A stretch of DNA of 64,000 bases from Octopus sinensis (taxonomy: Eukaryota), in assembly GCF_006345805.1 (NCBI RefSeq), contig NC_043021.1:21886001-21950000 (forward strand), read 5' to 3'. The notes beneath the pieces were generated by a model. That model was not told the origin of the DNA and did not search any database. It saw only the letters and a program-made list of their open reading frames with translations. A program made the position numbers and the translations under genes. This document shows, piece by piece, positions 1-11,240 of this stretch. Every line of letters begins with the position of its first letter. Position 1 is the stretch's first letter.

Positions 1-748
1 ATATGTGTGTATATATATATGTGTGTATATATATGTGTGCATATATATATATATGTGCATATATATATATATATGTATGTGTATATATATATATTTATAT
101 GTATGTATATATATATATGTATACATATATATATATAAAACATGAAATATGCTTAAGTGTCATTCTCATGCTTATCATCATCATCATCACTGCCACCACC
201 GTCATCATCAGCATTGACATCATCATTGTAACCATCACTATCATCATCATCTCGAAGACCATCGTAATCACATCTCCATCAACATTCGCCCTGTCATTGT
301 CTGTATAATTGTCATTGTCCTCATTTTCATCATGAAGATCCTCATCTCTGTGAACCTCATGGCCGTCATCACCAGCATCATCATAATCATCATCGTCGCC
401 ATCATTATCATCCTCATCATCTTATTCGTCACCACTGTCATCATTTTCATTGCTTAAAAAAAAAATCAACATCATTATCATTATCATCATAATCATCAAC
501 ATCATAATTGTCATTAGTATTATCAATGGCAGTATTAAAAAAGACAAGAATAATCACTCCCTCGCTCTTTCTCATTTTGTTCTCTCTCTCTCTCTCTCTC
601 TCTCTCCCTTTTTCTTGTTCCCTCTCTACCTCTTTCTTGTTCTCTCTCTCTCTCTCACTCTGCCTTTCTCCAACTGCTCTGTTTCTCTTTCTCACCTTAT
701 GATTTTCTCCCATCTTACAAAATTATATAAACACTCATGCAAACATAT

Positions 749-782
<34 letters not shown>

Positions 783-981
783 GTATAAATCTCAAAATAG
801 AAAATTGTTTTATTTTGAATTCAACTATGTTAAATATTTAAACTAATTTTTCCTACTGTTTATATTTTTTCATATTCATATACATATATATATTCATATA
901 TAATATATATATACAGTTTTATGAACATATTCATATAGTAATACATAATCATTTTTATATATATATTAAAATATATATATT

Positions 982-1070
<89 letters not shown>

Positions 1071-1480
1071 CATATATAATATATATAAATATATACATAT
1101 ATACTCATATATATTATATATACATACAATATATACATAAATATATATATATAATATATATATATAAACATACACATACACATATATATATATATATATA
1201 TTATATACATATATATATATAAACATACACATACACACACACATATATATATATACATACATACATATATATATATATACACATATATATATATATAAAT
1301 AAACATACAGACACATAAATATATTTATATATTTTGTGATGTATTAATATACATATTGAGATATTTTTACATATATTTTCATTACTTAGACTTGTGTGTG
1401 TGTGTGTGCATGTATGTATATATATAATATACACACACATATATGTATGTGTATATATATGTGCATATATATATATGTAT
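1..1480. repeat. Compound microsatellites (TA)n, (ATC)n, (CT)n, (GT)n
   Basis: Read directly from the sequence. Confidence 0.9.
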
Positions 1481-2044
1481 ATACATATATATATTGTGTT
1501 ATTGTATATTTATTCCTATATTTACATATATATATTTATATTTACATATTTATTTTAAATAGATTTATATATTTTTATTTCGTACGATTTTTATTTTAAT
1601 ATTTGATAGCAGTTTTTGGTTCCGTTCTTACTGATTTGTTTATATATATTTTTTTTTATTATTCATAATCATTTATTCATGTATGTATATTTATTTCTTA
1701 TTGTTTTGTTTCTTTATTCATTCGCGCATTACATATATATTTTTGGTTACTTATTTATTTACTCCAGTTTAAAAGCAAACATTAAAAAAAAACTGAAACA
1801 AGCAGTAAATCAACACAAACGAACTAACCTTAAAAGAAAAAAAAAATTAAAAACGAACGAGTAAACCTCGGATCTAAAGATTAAAGATTCGTGAAAACTG
1901 GGGGAAACAAAATGCAAAATAATAGAGAAAAAAAAGTTATTTCAGAAACTCATGCATTTCCCATGATGCTTTGCAACCACTGTAGCATCTCTCTAGAATA
2001 ATATATGACCATTAAAACCCATCTTGTAGCAGCGTAAAATAAGT

Positions 2045-2092
<48 letters not shown>

Positions 2093-2154
2093 TACACACA
2101 CACACAGCACATACATATTTATATATATCATCATCACTGTTTTAACATATGTAA

Positions 2155-2200
<46 letters not shown>

Positions 2201-3775
2201 GCTGCTGAAGGGACATGCTGGCAGAATAAGGCAAAATGCTACGTGGCATATTTTATCAATCTTTGTGTTCTGAGTTCAAATTCTGCCGAGGTTGACTTTA
2301 CCTTTCATCCGTTTTGGAGCTCAGTAAAATAAATAGAATTTGAACACTGGGGTTTATGTAATTGACTTACCTCCTCTCCTGAAATGAATGGCCTTGTGCC
2401 AAAATTTGAAATCATTATTATTATTATTATAATTATTATTATTATTATTATTGAGTGAGAGAGCAGTGCATCAAAGTGACACTGGGGTAAAATATATGAA
2501 GCCCAGTATACCCATCATGACTACTTGCCTGATAAGGGTACACCAGGCATGTGCATGATATGATGATCTCATATCAAGATAAACAGCACATGACCTTGCA
2601 GGTGGGGCCCATTTAGAATTTTCTTCTATACGAGTAATCCATCCCACTCAAAAGGTCCTTGAATAAAGTTTGTTTAAGGATGATGAACAAAACACCCATG
2701 TTTCCAAAGGGGAATTATCCAAACCTCTAAGAATTCCTTTCAACACATGGCTATGATGCTCCCCTAATACATGGCTATGATGTTCACCCACTACACCAGC
2801 TCATGATCAGGGATGCACACATTATCAGCCACTAAGGGACATGCTCAAGTGGTTAAGGTCAAACAACTGACAAGCAAATCTGTGGTATGGAGCAGAATAT
2901 TTGCTATAACGATATTTCTGCTTCAGCAACTCGGTTGCTGAATCTTTGAAATGTAATGGAAAATAGATCAGTTTCCAAACATTGATGTCCAAGGTCCCGA
3001 AAGCAAAGTTTAAAGAGAACAGCAATCATTTCCTTTGATTTCTAGATAGAAGCAAATAGGAAATAACACTGACCAAAGACAAAAAAAAAATATATTACAA
3101 TTTTATTACACCTTGTTACAACTTTGCCTTTCATAAGTATCAGTTGAGTGCTGGGGTCAATGAAATTGACCTACCCTTTTTCTGAAATTGCTGGCCTTGT
3201 ACCAAAATTTGAAACCACCACCATCATCATCATCATCATCATTATCATTATCATTATTATGATTATTATTATTATTATTAGTGGTGCGGTTGTTGTTGTT
3301 GGTGAGCTGGCAGAATTAGTGGCATGCATCTTGTCCATCTTTATGTTCTGAGTTCAAATTCTGCTGAAATTGACTGCTGGGGGTCAATGTAATTGATTTA
3401 CTCCCTTCTCTAAATTTGCCTGGGGCCAAAATATGAAATCATCATCATCATCATTGTCATCATCATTGTCATCATCATTGTTGTTGTTGTTGTTGATTTG
3501 ACTCATGTTTGGTCTTATTCCTGGTAGTATCTATGTGGGTAGCAGGTTACTACCAGTAACCTTAGGTACCTACAATCTTCCAATAGTGTTTTCAAGTGCT
3601 TAGAACCCTCCTGATAATCTTTCCAGTTCCCAAGAGGCAAACTTTCCATAGAAGTTCTGCAGGAACCATTTGTCTTCATCTTCACTTACAGTTCCCAATA
3701 AACTATTCATTATAAGCTCAACCTTTACAGTTTTCACACATTTTATTATTATTATTATCATCATTATCATCATGA

Positions 3776-3830
<55 letters not shown>

Positions 3831-3988
3831 TTATCATTATTATTATTATTATTATCATTATTATTATTATTATCATTATTATTATTATTATTATTTTTAT
3901 TATCATTATTATTATTATTATCATCATTATCATCATGATCATTATTATTATTATTATAATTATTATTATTATTATCATTTCTTCACAG

Positions 3989-4156
3989 GGCCAAAGAAGC
4001 TCATTGTACATCAGACAACAGCTATGATAAAAACTTCAAACAGCATGAATCGTTTCGCCTTCACGAATACAATGCGTCTAACAGCGCCATATGCTTGGAC
4101 CGAAAGCTGAGAGAACACCAAGGCCAAACAGCTATAACAGTTCATAAAAAATACAG
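3989..4156 (+). CDS. Probable internal coding exon (168 nt, phase 2-2) of an unidentified gene: AKEAHCTSDNSYDKNFKQHESFRLHEYNASNSAICLDRKLREHQGQTAITVHKKY
   Basis: Acceptor tttcttcacAG (AG 3987-3988) and strong donor CAG|GTAAGA (GT 4157-4158). Exactly one frame is open across the exon, the length is a multiple of 3 and the sequence is non-repetitive. Protein not recognised. Confidence 0.55.
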
Positions 4157-4239
4157 GTAAGAACTTCTTCCTTTTACCTCCAATTAAAGTTGCATTGCCA
4201 TTTTGTTTTTTGTTTTGGTTTTGCTTATTTCTTTTAAAG

Positions 4240-4745
4240 TCTGTTATGCACCAACTCGTGACAGACTTCTTATGGATCTATGGTTACAACCTCCCTATTT
4301 TAAAGTGATCTAAATTCAACCTTTAGCCCACTGTAAGTGCATCATGTCATCGTATGAGTTTTCTCCCCAGTAGTTAACAGGACAGTGGAAGGGGAAACAA
4401 TTCTAGAGAAAAGGTAATGTGCTAAAGGTTAAAATTTTCCATCAGAATTCCAATTTAATTTATGTTCCAATCACCAACTTCAAAATATGAAAATTATTTT
4501 ACGGAATTCTTCATTATTTTGAAACTTAATTGAAGGAAAGCCAGTGCATTGCAGCAGAAATAAGGATCCAGAAGGGTTAAAGTGACCTAAGTTAAAATCT
4601 CCCTTCAAAATTCCTGTTGATTTATGGTTCAAACACCAGCTTAATGATGACAATGTTATTTCACTAAATTGTTCGTTATTTTCAAAATTAATAGAACCAA
4701 AAGCAATATATGCTAGCAGAAATATGGTAACATATGGCTTTAAAT
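4240..4745 (+). mobile_element. Cluster of degraded TTAA/piggyBac-like MITE remnants
   Basis: Termini such as CAACCTTTAGC..GCTAAAGGTTAA and AAGGGTTAA; body similar to 16496-16665. Confidence 0.5.
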
Positions 4746-5059
4746 CTCTTGTATAAACCATAACTGTTACCTTTTGATTTGCTTCAACGAGATTTTTGAA
4801 AAATAATTGGGTGATTCAAAATATATCCCTCCTCACAAATACTTTTGATTTGTGAGTTTTGCTGATTAAGCTTGAGTCAGCCCTATTCAAGAAAAAACCA
4901 TACAAAAAAGAAAAAAATGAAATGATGTTTGAAAAATTCTTGCATTTCTCATGATGATTTGCGACTGCTGTAACATCTCTTTGTAATAATAATATATATG
5001 AATAATGAAACTATTTTGCTGTAAAGTAAAACCAGTTCTCTCATGGCATTATAGCCAGT

Positions 5060-5232
5060 ATACCATTTTCTATTTTCTCTCCCTGTTTATTTCTGTGTTC
5101 CTCTCTGTCGAAGAGCATAGGCTTGAAACCTAAAAGACTTTATCACTTCCTGAATGTTAAACTAATATATCTGTTTGTTGTTTACACACCTGTCTTCGGC
5201 TTTTTTTTTCTTTGTAAATTCTCACTATATAT
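5060..5232 (+). mobile_element. Penelope pLTR-like remnant (family H2) with degenerate hammerhead CTGTCGA-A-GAGC(ATAG)GCTT-GAAAC
   Basis: Aligns with 9670-9835; HHR-like motif at 5101-5136. Confidence 0.55.
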
Positions 5233-5619
5233 CTATTATATAAAATCCGTTCTATCTGTCTGTGTGTGAGTCTTCAAGGACCTCGGACATCCTCCATCTG
5301 ATTGTGTTCAAATTTCATATGTAGAGACCGATGGTATCAGGGCATGTATAAGTCTTGAAAAAATTCCAAAAATCGATTCCAGGTGAGAATGCGATCAATA
5401 AAGCTGTGGGAACATGCATTTGTAAAATCGTTTTTCTTGGAATAGAAAAAAGTCTATCTTTATTTCTTCTTTTGCTGGTGTCTCAAATTTAGGTTAAATC
5501 AATGTTTCTCAAAGGGGAGGCCTATGGGACGGTCGGACAAGTTGTTTTGAGAAAATTTGGTTTAAATGTTTGACAACTCAGCACCATCCATTGGACGGAG
5601 TGGGGGGCATTTTGTTCAC

Positions 5620-5620
<1 letters not shown>
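5232..5620 (+). mobile_element. Possible Helentron-like non-autonomous element (different family)
   Basis: Starts TCTATTATATAAAATCC..TCTGTCTGTG, subterminal hairpin CCATCC-ATT-GGACGG, ends in (TA)n; single copy here. Confidence 0.35.
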
Positions 5621-5655
<35 letters not shown>

Positions 5656-5819
5656 ATATATATATGTATAAATATATATATATGTATATATGTATAAATA
5701 TATATATATGTATGTATGTATAAATATATATATATATATATGTATGTATAAATATATATATATATATATATGTATAAAGCTACTTACCACACAGCCACTC
5801 CTGCGCCTGTGGCCATAGC

Positions 5820-6219
5820 CAGTACCGCATTGACTGGCCTCCGTGCTGCGGGCACGTTAACAAACACCATCCGATCGTGGCCGTTCACCAGCCTCATCTG
5901 GCACCTGTGTCGGTGGCAATAAAAAAACCATCCGAGCGTGGCCGTCTGCCAGCCTCGTCTGGCACCTGTGTCAGTGGCACATAAAAACACCATCCGAGCA
6001 TGGCCGTTCGCCAGCCTCGTCTGTCACCTGTGTCGGTGGCACATAAAATCACCCACTACACTCTCGGAGGGTTGGCGTTAGGAAGGGCATCCAGCTGTAG
6101 AAACACTGCCAGATCTGACTGGCCTGGTGCAGCCTTCGGGCTCCCCAGACCCCAGTTGAACCGTCCAACCCATGCTAGCATGGAAAACGGACGCTAAATG
6201 AATGATGATGATGATGATG

Positions 6220-6222
<3 letters not shown>
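5820..6222 (+). mobile_element. 3'-UTR-only copy of the PHD-RTE LINE (family D) with three ~61-bp internal modules
   Basis: ...GGTTGGCGTTAGGAAGGGCATCCAGCTGTAGAAAC...GGACGCTAAATGAATGATGATG; homologous to 45170-45430. Confidence 0.8.
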
Positions 6223-6258
<36 letters not shown>

Positions 6259-6260
6259 TG

Positions 6261-6293
<33 letters not shown>

Positions 6294-7168
6294 ATAGTCC
6301 TCTGCCAGTCAGACAGTTTCCTTAGTGAATGTTCTCTGTTAGCAATATATAGAGATATCTTAAAGTGGTGACCTGGTAGATTTGTTTGCATGCCAGGCAA
6401 AATGCTTACCGACATTTCATCCGTCTTTACACTCTGAGTTCAAATTCTGTCATGGTTCATTTTGCTTCTCATCCTTTCAGGGTTGATAAAATAAGTACCA
6501 GTTGGATACTGGTCTCGATAATTGACTGACGTCGCTCCCCTAAACTGCTGGCCTTGTGCTAAAAGTTGAGACTAATATATAGAAATGTAGTACGCATTGA
6601 TGGTCTGTTTCAGAGATTTGAAGTGTTTTTTCATATTCGGCATGAATCAAAAATTCTGGTACCATGTATTGCTTCTAATCAAAGCACTGCGTGTACATAC
6701 ACACACACATACATACATACATGCATGTATGTATGGCTGGCATGGGTTTGACTGAGGTCTGGAGAGCCAGTGGCTGCACCAGGCTCGAATCTGATCTGAC
6801 AGTGTTTCTATAGCAGGATGCCCTTCCTAACACCAACCACTCTGAGAGTGTAGCAGGTGCTTTTTATGTGCTACTGGCACGGGAGCCAGTCAGGTAGCAC
6901 TAGCAGTGGCTACACTCAAAACAGTGCTTTTTACGTGTCACCAGCATAATTATACATACGTACATATATATATATATATATACACACACATATACATACA
7001 CATATATGTATATATATATATATATATATACATACACATATGCACATACATTTATATATATATATATATATACTTTATTTAAAGCAGCTTTAAATAAAGC
7101 ATATTAATCTACCACTGGTATTTGAGTACTCTTCTTTCCACCTTGTTTCACATTTATGTGTTTACTCC

Positions 7169-7211
<43 letters not shown>

Positions 7212-7593
7212 CCACAAAGTCACACCTGTACCTACATATATATATGTATATGAGGTACAGGTGTGACTTTGGTAAGAAGCTTGCTTCCTAACCACATGGT
7301 TTTAAGTTCAGTCCCACTGTGTGTCACCTTGAGCAAGTGCCTTCTACCATAGCCTCAGTTGTACTCGTGCAATATTCAAGCATTGCTCATTTGTGGAGCT
7401 ACGTGGACAGCTGTTGTCTGCATGTAGAAGGAATGCAACAATCAGTTGAGTTCACTGCAAGGATTACCCTACCATCCACCCTTAACAATGCAGAGCAGAT
7501 CTGTTTTTGCTACTGATGGACACTGCTGTCCTGAGGCAATCTCTACAGGTATAGAAGTGTTTCTAGGCAGGACTGCCCAGGTCGCATGCTGAG

Positions 7594-8300
7594 TACTTAC
7601 TTGTACTTGTGATGGTGTTCACCCAGGGTGGGTTGAGCCAGCTTCTTCTCTGGTCCTGATGGCATCACGAACCATGGCGGCCCACGCTCGACGTTCCTGT
7701 GCGAGGTCACTGGAGACGGTGAGCCATTCGTGGTTCCATCTGCGCAGACCGACCACCTGTGGACCTGAGAGTTCGGAGAGGTCCTCCTTTATTTTTGTTG
7801 CCCAGGTCTTCAGCTGCCCACCTGTGCGTTTGCACCAGCTGGAAAGTGGAGGTGGGGGGAGGACATCGCAAATCAGCTCACCCTCTGGACACCGAGCCGC
7901 ATGACCAAACCACGTGTTTAAACCGGCGATATCCGGCCCAATATATTCTACATGTTTTATATTCATATTGGCGATATCTAGCCTCTCACACCTAACCTAC
8001 AATGTCATTCTAAAAATAAACAACTACATCATTGAAACCTCAAAACTATAAGATAATGCAGGATTAATTCAAAAGAATTTGAGTGAAAAAGTATTACATT
8101 TAACAGAGTAATCTGAACACTAAAGGGTTAAGTGCCGTTGTAGAAGCACCGAAGGGAGGGGGGGCCAGAGATCCAGGTGATGATGAAGACTGGCTGTAGG
8201 AACCCGATCAATGCATCGGCAGCGAAGAATGCGGCAGACACAGTCATACTGAGTGATGAAGCAATATCTCATGCACCCCTGCGATACCCAGGCATCACTG
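7594..8300 (-). mobile_element. RTE (BovB-like) LINE 3' fragment, ORF interrupted by a MITE
   Basis: YDCVCRILRCRCIDRVPTASL...LLQRHL [MITE] WFGHAARCPEGELI...RRAWAAMVRDAI; tail CAAGTACAAGTAAGTA. Confidence 0.8.
7918..8130 (-). mobile_element. piggyBac-like MITE remnant (MITE1) inserted in the RTE ORF
   Basis: Ends ...CTAAAGGGTTAA (TTAA-CCC terminus); homologous to 15657-15828. Confidence 0.65.
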
Positions 8301-8552
8301 AACCGTGAAATTATGTGGAACGACTGTTGCCTGCATGGAAAAGAAGTGTAACAATCAGCTGAGATCGCTGCCAGGGTTACCCCATCATCCACCCTTAACA
8401 AGGCAGAGCAGGCAGGGTTCTTCCGTCTAGTGGCTACAATAAAAAGGGGTTGAGTGGAGCATGTTGCAGAAAGGGTCAAAGAAAGACACTTTCCTGTTCA
8501 GTCAAGTCCTCGTTGACCTTTTTAAGTCCCATTTAGGAATGAATGTGAGGAA

Positions 8553-8940
8553 GGCGCAGGAGTGGCTGTGTGGTAAGTAGCTTGTTTACCAACCACATGG
8601 TTCCGGGTTCAGTCCCACTGTGTGGCACCTTGCACAAGTGTCTTCTACTATAGCCTCGGGCCGACCAAAGCCTTGTGAGTGGATTTGGTAGACGGAAACT
8701 GAAAGAAGCCCATCGTATATATATATATATGTGTGTGTGTGTTTGTGTGTCTGTGTTTGTCCCCTAGCATTGCTTGACAACCGATGCTGGTGTGTTTATG
8801 TCCCCGTTACTTAGCGAAACCGATAGAATAAGTACTGGGCTTACAAAAGAATAAGTCCCGGGTCGAGTTGCTCGATTAAAGGTGGTGCTCCAGCATGGCC
8901 GCAGTCAAATGACTGAAACAAGTAAAAGAGTAAAAGAGTA
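8553..8940 (+). mobile_element. tRNA-derived SINE family A, full length
   Basis: Head GGCGCAGGAGTGGCTGTGTGGTAAG..GGTTCAGTCCC, internal (TA)/(TG) tract, tail (GAGTAAAA)n; more than 20 homologous copies in the window. Confidence 0.9.
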
Positions 8941-9669
8941 AGGAGAGGGGATTGCTTTCTCTCTCCATCAGTGAACTTGTAAAAAAGGAAACACCCCCAC
9001 ATGGAAGACTTTCTTCTGTTAACATATTTCAAAATAGGGACCAATTGATGGAAATTGTTTTGTGTATGTGTGTCTGGTCAGGCTTGTAAAGTCAGCCACT
9101 AAAAAAGGAGGGAGAACAGTAAGTATAGAAAGGAAGAAGGAAAGGAGAGAGTGAGAGGAAGAAGAGAGAGAGACTCTAATAAGGATTTGGAGGTTTTTTT
9201 TTGTATTTGGCTTCAGTTGGAAATTCTGGAGTATACCAGACAGGAACACCGATCCGCACCCGTTCGTTGAGCCTCACATCACCCTGGTGGGACCAGCTTC
9301 ATGTGTGAGCGGCCTGGACTCCTATGCCTCACCGCTGGCACTGCTACCACACGGTGCTATGTGTGACAAACAAGAGTACCAGGCGACGCCACACCACTGA
9401 TGCCACCCAGGGGGCGTCCAGATGGACTCGACGGGGGAGAGGAAAACACTGGACTTGACAAGCGCCGATATGATGTCTGGCGCTGTGAATTATAGAAAGT
9501 ATAGAATTATAGAAAGCATAGAAAGGAGGAAGGAAAGGAGATAGTGAGAGGAAGAGGAGAGAGAGAGACTCTAATAAGGATTTGGAGGTTTTTTTTGTAT
9601 TTAGCTTCAGTTGAAAATTCTGGTACCATGCGTTGCTCCTAACTATGTTTGACTGCTAAACCCACAAAT

Positions 9670-9835
9670 TTCTTTATTCTCTCTCTATGTTTATTTTCTC
9701 TTATTCCTTTCTGTTTAAGAGCATAGGCTTGAAACATAAAAGGCTTTCTCGCTTTCCCAAGTGTCAAACTAATACACCTGCTTATTGTTCAAGCACCTGT
9801 CTTCATCTTTTGTTTTTCTGTAAATTTCAACTAGA
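9670..9835 (+). mobile_element. Penelope pLTR-like remnant (H2) with degenerate hammerhead CTGTTTA-A-GAGC(ATAG)GCTT-GAAAC
   Basis: Helix I CTTT/AAAG at 9707-9742; aligns with 5060-5232. Confidence 0.55.
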
Positions 9836-10119
9836 AATTTGGAGTGGTTGGCGTTAGGAAGGGCATCCAGCTGTAGAAATATTGCCAGATAAGACCGGAG
9901 CCTGGTGCAGCCTTCTAGCTTCCCAGATCCCCGGTCGAACCGTCCAACCCATGCTAGCATGGAGAACGGACGTTAAACGATGATGATGAAAACACAATTA
10001 TTAATACACAAGAGTTGTCATTTTAGTAAATAGATAAATAAATTGACATACTATAATGTCTAAAAGTTGATGAATACCACCTATTGATCCTCTCCATTTT
10101 CTTATTGCTCTAAATATAT

Positions 10120-10162
<43 letters not shown>

Positions 10163-10164
<2 letters not shown>

Positions 10165-10500
10165 CGTGGCTCAGTGGTTAGAGCGTCGAGCTTACGATCG
10201 GGAGGTTGTGAGCTCGAATCCCGGACCGGGCTGCGTGTTGTGTTCTTGAGCAAGACACTTTATTTCACGTTGCTCCAGTTCACTCAGCTGTAGAAATGAG
10301 TTGCGACGTCACAGGTGCCAAGCTGTATCGGCCCTTGCCTTTCCCTTGGACAACATCGGTGACGTGGAGAGAGGAGGCCGGTATGCATGGGCGACTGCTG
10401 GTCTTCAATAAAAAAAAAAAAAACCAACCTTGCCCAGACTTGTGCCTCAGAGGGTAACTCTCTAGGTGCAAACCCATGGTCAGTGTCTGACCGAAGGGGG
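10163..10500 (+). mobile_element. tRNA-derived SINE family F
   Basis: GCGTGGCTCAGTGGTTAGAGCG..AGCTCGAATCCC head, then CTTGAGCAAGACACTTTATTTCAC body. Other copies at 43200-43556 (-), 49290-49598 (-) and 16843-16975 (+). Confidence 0.85.
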
Positions 10501-10522
10501 AAAGAAAGAGAAATATATATAT

Positions 10523-10918
10523 GTGGCTGTGTGGTAAGTAGCTTGGTTATGAACCACATGGTTCTGGGTTCAGTCCCACTGCATGGCACCTTGGTCAAGT
10601 GTCTTCTACTATAACCTTGGGCTGACCAAAGCTTTGAGAGAGAATTTGGTAGACGGAAACTGATAGAAGCCCATCGCATATATATGTATATATATATGTA
10701 TGTGTGTATGTTTGTGTGTGTATGTTTGTCCCCCCAGCATTGCTTCACAACCGATGCTGGTGTATTTACGTCCCTGTAACTTAGTGGTTTGGCAAAAGAG
10801 ACCGGCAGAATAAGTACTAGGCTTACAAAGAATAAGTCCTGGGGTCGATTTGCTCGACGAAGGGCGCTGCTCCAGCATGGCCACAGTCAAATGGCTGAAG
10901 CAAGTAAAAGAGTAAAAG
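10523..10918 (+). mobile_element. SINE A
   Basis: Homology to 8553-8940. Confidence 0.88.
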
Positions 10919-10936
10919 CATATATATATATATATA

Positions 10937-11240
10937 TATCATCATCATCAGCACCATTGTTTAACGTCCGTTTTCCATGCTAGCATGGGTTGGACAGTTC
11001 GACTGGAGCCTAGGAAGCCAGGAGGTTGCACCAGGCTCCAGTCTGATCTGGCAGTGTTTCTACAGCTGGATACCCTTCCTAATGCCAACCACTCCGTGAG
11101 TGTAGTGGGTGCTTTTTACGTGCCACTGGCACAGGTGCCAGGCGAGGCTGGCTAATGGCCACAATCGGTTGGTGCTTTTTACGTGCCACCAGCATGGAGG
11201 CCAGTCGAGGTGGCGCTGGCAACCGCCACATTCGGATGGA
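10937..11240 (-). mobile_element. Family D (RTE 3' UTR) copy
   Basis: Begins CATCATCATC..GTTTAACGTCCGTTTTCCATGCTAGC on +. Confidence 0.8.

Noticed and set aside
8586-8780. Recurrent ORFs MSSNARG.../MLGGQTQTH.../MLAWVGRF...
   Set aside because: They are chance frames within SINE A and family D repeats and recur only because the repeats do.
10163-10230. tRNA-like sequences (A and B boxes) here and at the other SINE heads
   Set aside because: No complete cloverleaf; each continues into a multi-copy SINE body.
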